Shown one piece after another: positions 9,419-17,875 of a stretch of 64,000 nt of DNA. Each line of letters opens with the position of its first letter. Within the stretch, counting starts at the first letter, position 1. Source of the DNA: an uncultured Chloroflexia bacterium (GTDB lineage Bacteria; Chloroflexota; Limnocylindria; Limnocylindrales; CSP1-4); assembly GCA_963800795.1 (NCBI GenBank), contig CAWDCJ010000004.1, positions 21,742 to 85,741 of the forward strand, in the 5' to 3' direction. Made by a program: the position numbers and the translations under genes. The notes below the pieces were generated by a model. It was not told the DNA's origin. It ran no database searches and saw only the letters and a program-made list of their open reading frames with translations.

Positions 9419-9907
9419 CTAGCGGTAGTTGGAGAACTGGAGCGGGACTGCCTCGTCGAGCTCGCGCAGCCGCGCGATCACCTTCTGGAGGTCGTCCTTG
9501 CTCTTCGCGCTGACCCGGACGGCGTCGCCCTGGATCTGGCCCTTGGTCTTGGGGAACTCGTCGCGGAGGATCTTCGTGACCTTCCTGGCCAGGTCGTCCG
9601 GCAGCCCGCTGCGCAGGCCCACGTGCTGGCGGACCTTCATGCCGCCGGCCTGCTCGATCTCGCCCCAGTCGAAGATCTTGAGCGAGAGGCCGCGCCGGAC
9701 TGCCTTCGTCTCCACCAGCTCACGAATCGACTTGGCCCGCAGCTCCGAATCGGCCACGATCGTGAGCGCGTCCTTCTCCTGCGTGATCTCGGCGGTCGCG
9801 CCCTTGAAATCGAAACGAGTGGCGATCTCGCGACGGGCCTGGTCAAGCGCGTTGCGAAGCTCTTGCGCATCGAACTCGGAGACCACGTCGAAGGAGAACT
9901 CGCCAGC
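9419..9907 (-). CDS. yajQ: YajQ family cyclic-di-GMP-binding protein (UPF0234)
   Basis: MAGEFSFDVVSEFDAQELRNALDQARREIATRFDFKG...LSLKIFDWGE... is the classic YajQ sequence. ATG at 9905-9907. Confidence 0.85.
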   Translation of the reverse strand, partial: AGEFSFDVVSEFDAQELRNALDQARREIATRFDFKGATAEITQEKDALTIVADSELRAKSIRELVETKAVRRGLSLKIFDWGEIEQAGGMKVRQHVGLRSGLPDDLARKVTKILRDEFPKTKGQIQGDAVRVSAKSKDDLQKVIARLRELDEAVPLQFSNYR

Positions 9908-10037
9908 CATCGGTTCCTCCGTGTCGCCCGGCACGCACTCCGGGACCCTTCGCTCGTTGCGCAAGTATGGCGACCGCGCGGGCGCCTGTCCGTCGGCCGG
10001 CGCTCGCCGGGCCGGCTGCTGGAGCGGCGCCGGCCGG

Positions 10038-10562
10038 TCACCCCGTTTCGCGGTCGCCCGATGCGATCGCCTCCGCGCGCTCGATGAGCAGCTCGAGCGC
10101 GGCGCGCGCGCTCGCTGCCTTGTTCGAGCCGCGGTCGCCGGGCCAGCTGAACCGCCGGAGCTCGACCCCGGCGGCATCTGCCACGGCCACGTACGTGAGG
10201 CCCACCGGCTTGCCCGCCGTCGCCCCGGACGGCCCGGCAATGCCGGTGACGGCAACGGCGAGGTCCGATCGAAGGCGTGCCCGTGCCCCCGACGCCATGG
10301 CGCTGGCGACCTGCGCGCTCACCGCCCCGTGCTGGCCGATCACGCTCGCCGACACGCCCAGGAGCGCCTCCTTGGCGTCGTCCGAATAGGCGACAACCCC
10401 GCCACGGAGATAGCCCGACGCGCCGGGCACGTCCGTCAGCGCGTCGCCGATGCGCCCGCCCGTGCAGGACTCGGCCGTCGCGACGGTGAGGCCGGCCGCC
10501 AGGCAGATCAGCTGGAGCCGTTCGGCGAGCGCGCGCAGGTCCGGCTCAGGCCACGCTCGCGC
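10038..10562 (-). CDS. CinA C-terminal domain protein / nicotinamide-nucleotide amidohydrolase PncC-like; no canonical start codon in frame
   Basis: ...LRALAERLQLICLAAGLTVATAESCTGGRIGDALTDVPGASGYLRGGVVAYSDDAKEALLGVSASVIGQHGAVS... is the PncC/CinA-C signature. The frame opens at the rodZ stop (10563-10565). There is no ATG/GTG/TTG before the conserved TAESCTGG. GTG 10428-10430 would truncate the domain. Confidence 0.7.
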   Translation of the reverse strand, partial: ARAWPEPDLRALAERLQLICLAAGLTVATAESCTGGRIGDALTDVPGASGYLRGGVVAYSDDAKEALLGVSASVIGQHGAVSAQVASAMASGARARLRSDLAVAVTGIAGPSGATAGKPVGLTYVAVADAAGVELRRFSWPGDRGSNKAASARAALELLIERAEAIASGDRETG

Positions 10563-11940
10563 TCACGTCGTCCGGTCCGTGCGCTTCGGCGGCGCCGGCG
10601 GCTGGAAGAGCCACGTCTCCGGCGAGCCACCCTTCCCCAGGGCACCCAGGCTCGTCCCGTTGAGGGTATAGAACGTCACCCCGGCGTTGCCCGTTCGAAC
10701 CTCGACGGACGTGGTGCCACTGAACGTGAGGGTCTGGCCGTCGTTGACGAGGAGCCCGCCGCTCCCGGTCGTCGGCGACACGATCGCCGTCGACCCAGAC
10801 CTTGAGCCAGGCCCGCCCACCCTTCACGTCCACGACGACGTTCACGCCCTGGTAGACGACGGTCACGCTGCGGGTCAGCGTGGTCGTCATGCCCTGGTCA
10901 TTCTTGGCGACGATCGAGATCACCCAGCGACCGGTTGTCAGGTCCAGGTTGGCCGCGAACGACCCATCGTCGGCGGGCGCGACCACGATCGGTGCGGGAG
11001 GCGCGGGCGTCGTCGTCGCCGAGGGCGCAGGCGCCTCGCCGGGCGCCTTGCCCGCGAACGCGGCGCTGATGTCCACGCTGGTCGCGTCGGTGGCGTCACC
11101 GGTCACGGGGATCGCCCCGTTCTGGAACGTGGCGCCGTCCGCGGGCGAGCCCACGGTCAAGGTCGGGGCGACCACCGGGTTGAACGGGACGGTGATCAGG
11201 AGCTCGACCGGGTGCTCGGCGGCCTTCCCGGTCTTCGGATCCACCGCGCTCACGTCGAACTGGTTCCTGCCCCGCCGGAGGTCCACCGTGGCCAGCCAGG
11301 TACCGTCGCCGCCCGCGGTGATGTTGAGCGGGTCGCGACCGGGAGCCGCGATGGTGACGAGGCCACCTGCGATGGTGAGCCCGCGCAGCGTGTACGTCGT
11401 CGCATCCTGTGCCACGTCCGTCACGGCAGTGGGCGGATCGACAACGCTCAGCGGCGGGGGCTCGGAGAAGCGGACCAGCTGGAAGCCGATGTAGGCGAGG
11501 ATCAGCACCACGCCCAGGGTCACGACGGCCGCCACCACGACCCCGGAAGTCAGCACCAACCCTTTCCGAGGCGCGATCAGCGGTCGCGGGACGACGATCA
11601 CCGGCTCGGGAGCATCCGCCGGCGCCTCGCGATGCCACTGGGCGACCGCGTCGTCCGGGTCGATCCCGAGGTACTGGGCGTAGTTGCGCAGGAAGCCGCG
11701 GACGTACACGCCACCCGGCAAGGACGCGTAGTCGCCGCGCTCGAGCGCCGCCAGGTACCCACGCCGGATCTTCGTCTCGCGCTCGGCGCGAAGAAGATCG
11801 ATGCCCTTGGCCTCGCGCGCCGCGACCAGTCGCTCGCCGAGCGGGTCGCCGCCCGCGGTCGCTCTCCGATCCGCGATCGGGTCGCGGTCGTGCTCGGGCC
11901 CCGCCGGGCGAGCATGGTTGCGCGTGGTCACCCGTCGTCC
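10563..11940 (-). CDS. rodZ: RodZ-like cytoskeleton protein (XRE-type HTH - TM - Ig-like region - DUF4115); 1-bp frameshift near 10793
   Basis: GTG ~11938-11940. LGERLVAAREAKGIDLLRAERETKIRRGYLAALERGDYASLPGGVYVRGFLRNYAQYLGIDP is the RodZ HTH. TM helix LVLTSGVVVAAVVTLGVVLILAYIGF. C-terminal WLKVWVDGD | VSPTTGSGGLLVNDGQTLTFSGTTSVEVRTGNAGVTFYTLNGTSLG is the DUF4115 motif, in the frame of ORF 10563..10820. Position after ftsK and before cinA matches the conserved order. Confidence 0.7.
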
Positions 11941-14285
11941 CCATCGTCGGCGTCGGGCGGGGCGACGACGCTGCTCGGCCTCGCGCCGCAACACCTGCCG
12001 CGCGTTCGAGCCGTCGAACGCCCCGATGTAACCCCGCGCCTCGAGCTGGTCGATGATCCGCGCCGCCCGGGCATACCCGATCTTGAGCCGCCGCTGCAGC
12101 AGCGACGCCGAGGCGCGGTCGTACTCCTGCACGACGCCCACGGCATCCCGCAGGAGCCGGTCCGCGTCGTCATCCGCGAGGTCGTCGACCGACCCGGTGG
12201 AGTCCTCCTCGTCCTCGATGATCCCCAGGTCGTAGTGGGGCTCAGCCTCGGCCCGCCAGTGGGCCGTGACCGCCCGGATCTCCCGGTCCGCCACGAAGAC
12301 GCCCTGCAGGCGGATGGGGCGCGGCAGGTCGGACGGCTGGAAGAGCATGTCGCCGCGACCGATGAGGTCCTCTGCGCCGGGCGCGTCCAGGATCGTCCGG
12401 GAGTCGATCTGGGAGGCCATGGCGAAGGCGATCCGGCTGGGGAAGTTGGCCTTGATCAGGCCCGTCACGACGTTGACCGATGGGCGCTGCGTGGCGAGGA
12501 CCAGGTGGATCCCGGTCGCGCGCGCCTTCTGGGCCAGGCGGACGATCGGGTCCTCCACGGTCCGGCCGTCGCGCATCATCAGGTCGGCCAGCTCGTCCAC
12601 GATGATCACGATATAGGGCAGCCGATCGGTGGGATCGGCCCGCGTCTCGTTGTACGAGTCGATGTTGCGGGCCGTGGCCCCGGCGAACTTCCGGAAGCGC
12701 ATCTCCATCTCGCTCACCGCCCACTTGAGGGCGGCGCGGGCGCGGTCGACCTCGGTGATGACGGGGACCAGGAGATGGGGCATGCCGTTGTAGTCGGCGA
12801 GCTCAACGCGCTTCGGGTCCACCAGGATGAGCCGGACCTCCTCCGGCGTCGCCCGCATGAGCAGGCTGGTGATGAGGGCATTGACCATGACGCTCTTGCC
12901 GGAGCCGGTGGCGCCCGCGATCAGCAGGTGCGGCATCTTCGCCAGGTCCGCCGCGCGGGCATGACCTGCCACGTCGCGTCCGAGGGCGAAGGCGATCTTC
13001 GACGGGATCGCGGCGACCTCGGGATCCTCCAGGATCCGCCGGATCGCGACCACGTTGAAGTCCATGTTGGGGATCTCGAGCCCCACCACCGTCTTGCCCG
13101 GGATCGGCGCCTCGATCCGGATCGTGCGGGCGGCAAGCGCCATCGCCAGATCATCCGCCAGCGCCTCGATGCGGCTGACCTTGATCGACGGGTCGGGCTC
13201 CACCTCGTATTGCGTCACGACGGGGCCGGCGTTCCAGCGCGTGACCCGGCTGGGGATGTTGAAGCTGGCGAGCTTGCCCTCGATGATCCTGGCGTTGCGC
13301 GCGTGGTCCATCCCGGCATTCGTCGTGCGCGGCGCCAGGTCCTCCAGCAGGGTCATCGGTGGGAGGCGGTATTCCCGCCGGACCGGCTCGGCGGCCAGGC
13401 CCGACCCGGGAGACCCCGAGCCGATGTCCGCGACGGGCACACGGGTCGCCCCGTTCACGGGGCTCGCGGCCCCGTCGTCCGGGAAGAGCGTCATCCGCTC
13501 CCCGCGAGTGGAGCCGGCGGTGGCCCGGCGAACACGGACGAGACCTGCGCCGGCTGCTCCAGCGGCGACGGGATATCCGGCCGCGAGATCTCGCGTCCGT
13601 TCCTGCCGTCCCGGAGCGTGGCCTTGGCGCCCGGCGGCGACGCGCCCGGCCCGTCCGTTCGAGGGCGACGGGCCTGTTCGATGGCGGCTGCGCCGGCGCT
13701 CGCGGCGGGAGCGGCGAGGGCGCTGCCGAGGTCGCGGGCGCCGCGCCCGAACGGCGCCAGCAGCTCCCGGACCGGCCGGTCCAGGGCGACCACGAGCCCG
13801 GCGAGCAGGATCCCGATGAACACGATGAAGGCGCCGAGCGGGCTCACGAGGCCGTCGACGAACGTGGCGAGCGACGACCCGATGCGGCCACCCGAACGGC
13901 CATCCAGCACGCCGGCCTTGGCGAGGAGCGCGATGAGGGCGAGCGCCGCGAGATACGCGACGGCGGAGCCCAGCAAGGTCCGGGGCCAGCCCGCACGCAC
14001 ACCCCCCGACCGCTCCAGCCAGAACCCGAGGCCGATCAGGACGAGCGGAAGCAGCCAGCGGCCGGACCCGAACCATGGCGCGATGACGTTCAGGATCCAG
14101 TCCGTCAGCGCTCCCCGGCCCTGGAACACGAGCCCGATGAGGATCACGGCCCCCAGCACCATCAGGACGACCGCCACGAGCGAGCGCGTGACGTCGGGTG
14201 AGAGGCGCGGCATCCGCGGGACCGACCCTCGGCGGGTGGCCCGCGTCCGCGACCGGGCGGCAGGGGGACGTCGGCGCGTCGCCAC
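11937..14285 (-). CDS. ftsK: DNA translocase FtsK/SpoIIIE; frameshifted near 13493 and again near its 3' end
   Basis: 4-TM N-terminal domain in ORF 13491..14285. Motor domain lies in the long 10546..16245 frame: PHLLIAGATGSGKSVMVNALITSLL (Walker A), ...IIVDELADLM, LVLATQRPSVNVVTGLIKANFPSRIAFAMAS, and the gamma domain LLQRRLKIGYARAARIIDQLE. In the raw frame it reads through into rodZ. A +2-frame TGA overlaps the rodZ GTG (GTGA), suggesting a terminal frameshift. Confidence 0.8.
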
Positions 14286-15969
14286 CTAGACCTCGACGAC
14301 GACCGGGAAGACCATCGGTCGCCGCTTCGTCTGCTCGTACAGGAACCGGGAGACGCCATCCTTGATCTGGCTCTTGAGAAGGCCGACCTCGCTGATGTGG
14401 TCGCCCGGATTCTCGATGGCCGCCACCACCCGACGCACGGCCTCGGCCATGATGGGGTCCTTCTCGTTGAGGTGGACGAAGCCGCGGGTGATGATCTCGG
14501 GCTGCCCGACGACGCTTCCCGTCTGCTTGTCGACCGTCACGACGACCATGAACATCCCGTCGTTGGCGAGCGCCTTGCGGTCGCGCAGGACGATCTCGCC
14601 GACCTCGCCGACGGACAGCCCGTCGACGTAGACGTAGCCCGCGGTCACCGGCTGGCCCCGGCGCCCGGACCCGTCGGCCAGGATCTCGATGGGGGTCCCG
14701 TTCTCGATGATGTAGACGTTCTCGGGCGCAACCCCGGTCTCGATCGCCAGGCGCCCGTGCTGGACCTGCATCCGGAACTCGCCGTGCATCGGGATGAAGT
14801 GGCGCGGCTTGGTGAGGCCGAGCATCAGCTTGAGCTCTTCCTGGCTGGCGTGGCCCGAAACGTGCGCCCGCTTGATCGTGTGGTAGATGACGTTCGCGCC
14901 GGCCTTGAACAGGTTGTCGATCGTCCGGTTGACGTACTCCTCGTTGCCCGGGATGGGGCTCGCCGAGACGATCACCGTGTCTCCGGGCTGGATCTCCACG
15001 AAGCGATGGTCCCGGTTGGCCATCCGGGCCAGCCCGGCCATCGGCTCGCCCTGGGCGCCGGTCGTACAGATGACGAGCTTGCCGGCCGGGACATCGCCGA
15101 TGCGGTCCTTGCCCACGATCCGGTCCGCATCGTAGGTCAGGTACCCGAGGTCGCTCGCGACCCTGAAGTTCTGCTCCATCGAGCGCCCGATCACGGCGAC
15201 CTTCCGGTCGAAGCTGGCCGCCGCGTCGAGGACCTGCTGGACCCGGGCGATGTTGCTGGCGAAGGTCGCCACGATCACCCGGCCGTCGAGCGGCTCCATG
15301 ATCTCGCGAAATGCCTCGCCGACCGTCCGCTCCGACGGCGTGTAGCCCGGGTTCTCCGCCCTGGTCGAGTCCGAGAGGAGACAGACGACGCCCTCCTCGC
15401 CCAGCTTGGCCAGGATGTGGAAGTCCGACAGCCGGCCGTCGACCGGGTGTGTGGTCGAACTTGAAGTCGCCCGTGTGCACGACGACGCCAACCGGCGTGC
15501 GCAGCGCGATCCCCATCGCGTCGGGGATGGAGTGGCCGATCCGGAACGGGACCACGGTGAAGGGCCCGATCGGGATCTCGTCGCCGGGCTCGAGGCCGAG
15601 AAGCGGGTTGTTGTGGAGCTTGTGCTCCTTGATCTTGTTGCCGAGAAGCCCGCGCGCCAGGATCGACGCGTAGACGGGAACGCCGGGGAACTCGGGGAGC
15701 ACGTACGGGAGGGCGCCGACGTGATCCTCGTGCGCGTGCGTGATGAGGAACGCCCGGACGTTGGCGCGACGCTCCTTCAGGTAGCTGATGTCGGGAATGA
15801 CGAGGTCGATGCCGAACATCTCCTCGTCGGGAAACATCAGGCCGCAGTCGATGACGACGATGTCGTCGCCGTACTCGAAGACGTACATGTTCTTGCCGAT
15901 CTCGCCCACGCCCCCCAGGGGGATGATGCGAAGCGGCTGGTCGTTGGTAGCGGGTCTCTGGCTGGTCAT
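14286..15969 (-). CDS. rnj: Ribonuclease J (metallo-beta-lactamase/beta-CASP RNase); 1-bp frameshift near 15441-15450
   Basis: ATG 15967-15969 (MTSQRPATNDQPLRIIPLGGVGEIGKNMYVFEYGDDIVVIDCG...ITHAHEDHVGALPYVL...HTGDFKFDHTP) is in the long frame. It continues VDGRLSDFHILAKLGEEGV...HVSGHASQEELKLM...PMHGEFRM in ORF 14286..15491. The junction sits at a cccgg homopolymer. Confidence 0.85.
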
Positions 15970-15973
15970 GGCC

Positions 15974-16675
15974 TCACGTGAACAGGGTGAGTTGATCTGG
16001 CTCGGGTGATCGGGCCGGCGGGTCGACCGGCGCCGGGCCGCCTTCGGGGGTCGTGGCAGGCGGGGTCGCCGCGGCGCCGTCGCGCGACCGCCGGGCATCC
16101 TCGAGGGCCGCCGGGATGCGCGCCATATCCTCGAAGCTCGCGGTCTCGATCGCCGCCGCCCGGAGAGCGGCCGCGGGATGGTACAGGGCGAAGACATGGG
16201 CGCGGGCGGCCCCGGTCGCCGGGTCGGCCGGGGCGGCGGTCCCATGCGACCGGCTGATCGTGGTGCCCGGCCGGAACAGGCCCATCGAATGGCGGCCCAG
16301 CGTCACCACGAGGGCCGGATCGATCGCCTGGAGCTGGCGGCGCAGGTAGGGGGCACACGCGGCAACCTCGTCCGGCTCGGGGTCGCGGTTGTCCGGCGGG
16401 CGGCACTTGACGATGTTCGTGATGAAGACGTCCTCGCGACGCCAGCCGATGGAGGCCAGCAGGCGGACCAGGAGCTCTCCCGCTCGCCCCACGAAGGGCC
16501 GGCCCAGGCGGTCCTCGTTGACGCCCGGGCCCTCTCCCACGAGGACGACCTCGGTCATTGGGTTCCCCTCACCGGGCACCGCCCGAGTCCGGCCGGCGTG
16601 GAGCCGGCAGGCGGTGCAGGCCCGAACCTCTTCTGCGATCGCGTCGAGCGCCGCACGGCGTTCGGTGGCGGTCAC
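15974..16675 (-). CDS. Uracil-DNA glycosylase, family 4 (UdgA-type)
   Basis: EVRACTACRLHAGRTRAVPGEGNPMTEVVLVGEGPGVNEDRLGRPFVGRAGELL...ITNIVKCRPPDNRDP is the family-4 UDG signature. GTG 16673-16675 overlaps the asd stop (GTGA). Long P/A-rich C-terminal tail. Confidence 0.8.
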   Translation of the reverse strand: MTATERRAALDAIAEEVRACTACRLHAGRTRAVPGEGNPMTEVVLVGEGPGVNEDRLGRPFVGRAGELLVRLLASIGWRREDVFITNIVKCRPPDNRDPEPDEVAACAPYLRRQLQAIDPALVVTLGRHSMGLFRPGTTISRSHGTAAPADPATGAARAHVFALYHPAAALRAAAIETASFEDMARIPAALEDARRSRDGAAATPPATTPEGGPAPVDPPARSPEPDQLTLFT

Positions 16676-17754
16676 GCGGGCGTCTCCGCCTCCGCGTGCG
16701 GGGCGCGGCGCGACGCCGGCACCACCCAGCCGCGCGCGGCAAGGATCTCCGCGAGCTCCACCGCGTTCGTGGCCGCTCCTTTGCGGACATTGTCGGAGAC
16801 GCACCAGAAGGCGAGGCCGCGACCGTCCGGGATCGACGGGTCCTGCCGGACGCGACCCACGTAGATCTCGTCGCGCCCGGCCGCATCCGTGGCCAGCGGG
16901 TAGACGTGGGCGGCCGGCTCATCGCGCACGACGACCCCCGGCACGGCCGCGAACAGCGCGCGGGCGGCCTCCGGAGCGAGGGCCGCGCGCAGCTCCACGT
17001 GCACTGCTTCCGAGTGGCCCACGAAGACCGGCACCCGGACCGCCGTGCAGGAGACCCGTAGGTCCGGCAGGTGGAGGATCTTGCGACTCTCGGAGACGAC
17101 CTTCCACTCCTCCTTCGTGTAGCCGTTGTCCAGGAAGACGTCGATCTCCGGCAGGGCATTGAACGCGATGGGGTGCGGGTAGACGGCCGCCGACTTGGGT
17201 GACCCGGCCGCGTGGGCCCGGATCTGCGTCTCCAGCTCCGCGATGGCCTCCGCGCCGGTGCCGGACACGGCCTGGTAGGTGTCCACGACCACGCGCTCCA
17301 GGCCCGGGCCGTCGCGCAGGGCCATCAGGAGCGGCACGAGCTGCATCGTGCTGCAGTTCGGGTTCGCGATGATGCCCTCGTGGGAGGCGAGGTCCTCCGG
17401 GTTGACCTGGCTCACGACGAGCGGGATGCCGGGCTCCATGCGCCAGGCGCTCGAGTTGTCGATCACCGTGCACCCGCGGGCCACCGCCAGGGGCGCCAGC
17501 TCTCGCGAAACCTCCGCGCCGGCCGAGAAGAGCGCGACGTCCACCCCCTCGAACGCCTCCGGGCCGGCCTCGAGCACGGACACCTGGCGACCGGCCACGG
17601 GGACGCTCATGCCGGCCGAGCGCCCGGAGGCGAGGAGGCGGAGCTCGGCCATCGGGAACGAGCGCTCCAGGAGGACCGAGATCATCGTGCGGCCGACGAC
17701 GCCGGTTGCGCCGACGACGGCGACGGTCAGGGGTCGGGCGGTCGTGTTGGACAT
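16672..17754 (-). CDS. asd: Aspartate-semialdehyde dehydrogenase
   Basis: MSNTTARPLTVAVVGATGVVGRTMISVL...IIANPNCSTMQLVPLLMAL...VDTYQAVSGTG...VRVPVFVGHSEAV is the Asd signature. ATG 17752-17754. Confidence 0.85.
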   Translation of the reverse strand: MSNTTARPLTVAVVGATGVVGRTMISVLLERSFPMAELRLLASGRSAGMSVPVAGRQVSVLEAGPEAFEGVDVALFSAGAEVSRELAPLAVARGCTVIDNSSAWRMEPGIPLVVSQVNPEDLASHEGIIANPNCSTMQLVPLLMALRDGPGLERVVVDTYQAVSGTGAEAIAELETQIRAHAAGSPKSAAVYPHPIAFNALPEIDVFLDNGYTKEEWKVVSESRKILHLPDLRVSCTAVRVPVFVGHSEAVHVELRAALAPEAARALFAAVPGVVVRDEPAAHVYPLATDAAGRDEIYVGRVRQDPSIPDGRGLAFWCVSDNVRKGAATNAVELAEILAARGWVVPASRRAPHAEAETPA

Positions 17755-17804
17755 GGCTCCGCTGCTCATGAAGGGACGTGCGGGCACGGCCCGAGTATAC
17801 CAGC

Positions 17805-17869
17805 GTGCCCCCGGCTTCCCGGGGGCACGCGCTGGATACCGCGCTCGAGCGGGCCCACGGGTGGGCCCG
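17805..17869 (-). terminator. Two perfect GC-rich hairpins downstream of pnp (gtgcccccgg-cttc-ccgggggcac at 17805-17828; cgggccca-cggg-tgggcccg at 17850-17869)
   Basis: Read directly. They lie in the 88-nt gap between the pnp stop (17876) and asd start (17754). No strong U-tract, so possibly a processing/stability element rather than a classic intrinsic terminator. Confidence 0.4.
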
Positions 17870-17875
17870 CCGGGT

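Noticed and set aside
10687-14289. 1200-aa plus-strand ORF, also 45709..48759 (+, 1016 aa), 19454..20587 (+), 24632..26602 (+), 29483..31384 (+)
   Set aside because: Antisense to well-supported genes (ftsK/rodZ, smc, pnp, infB, rseP/dxr). Arg/Gly/Pro-rich composition typical of stop-free GC-rich noise. No conserved motifs.
10546-16245. 1899-aa minus-strand ORF
   Set aside because: Not one protein. It is an open frame created by high GC and indels. It fuses part of rnj, out-of-frame DNA, the ftsK motor domain and rodZ. Domain content and frame switches show separate genes.
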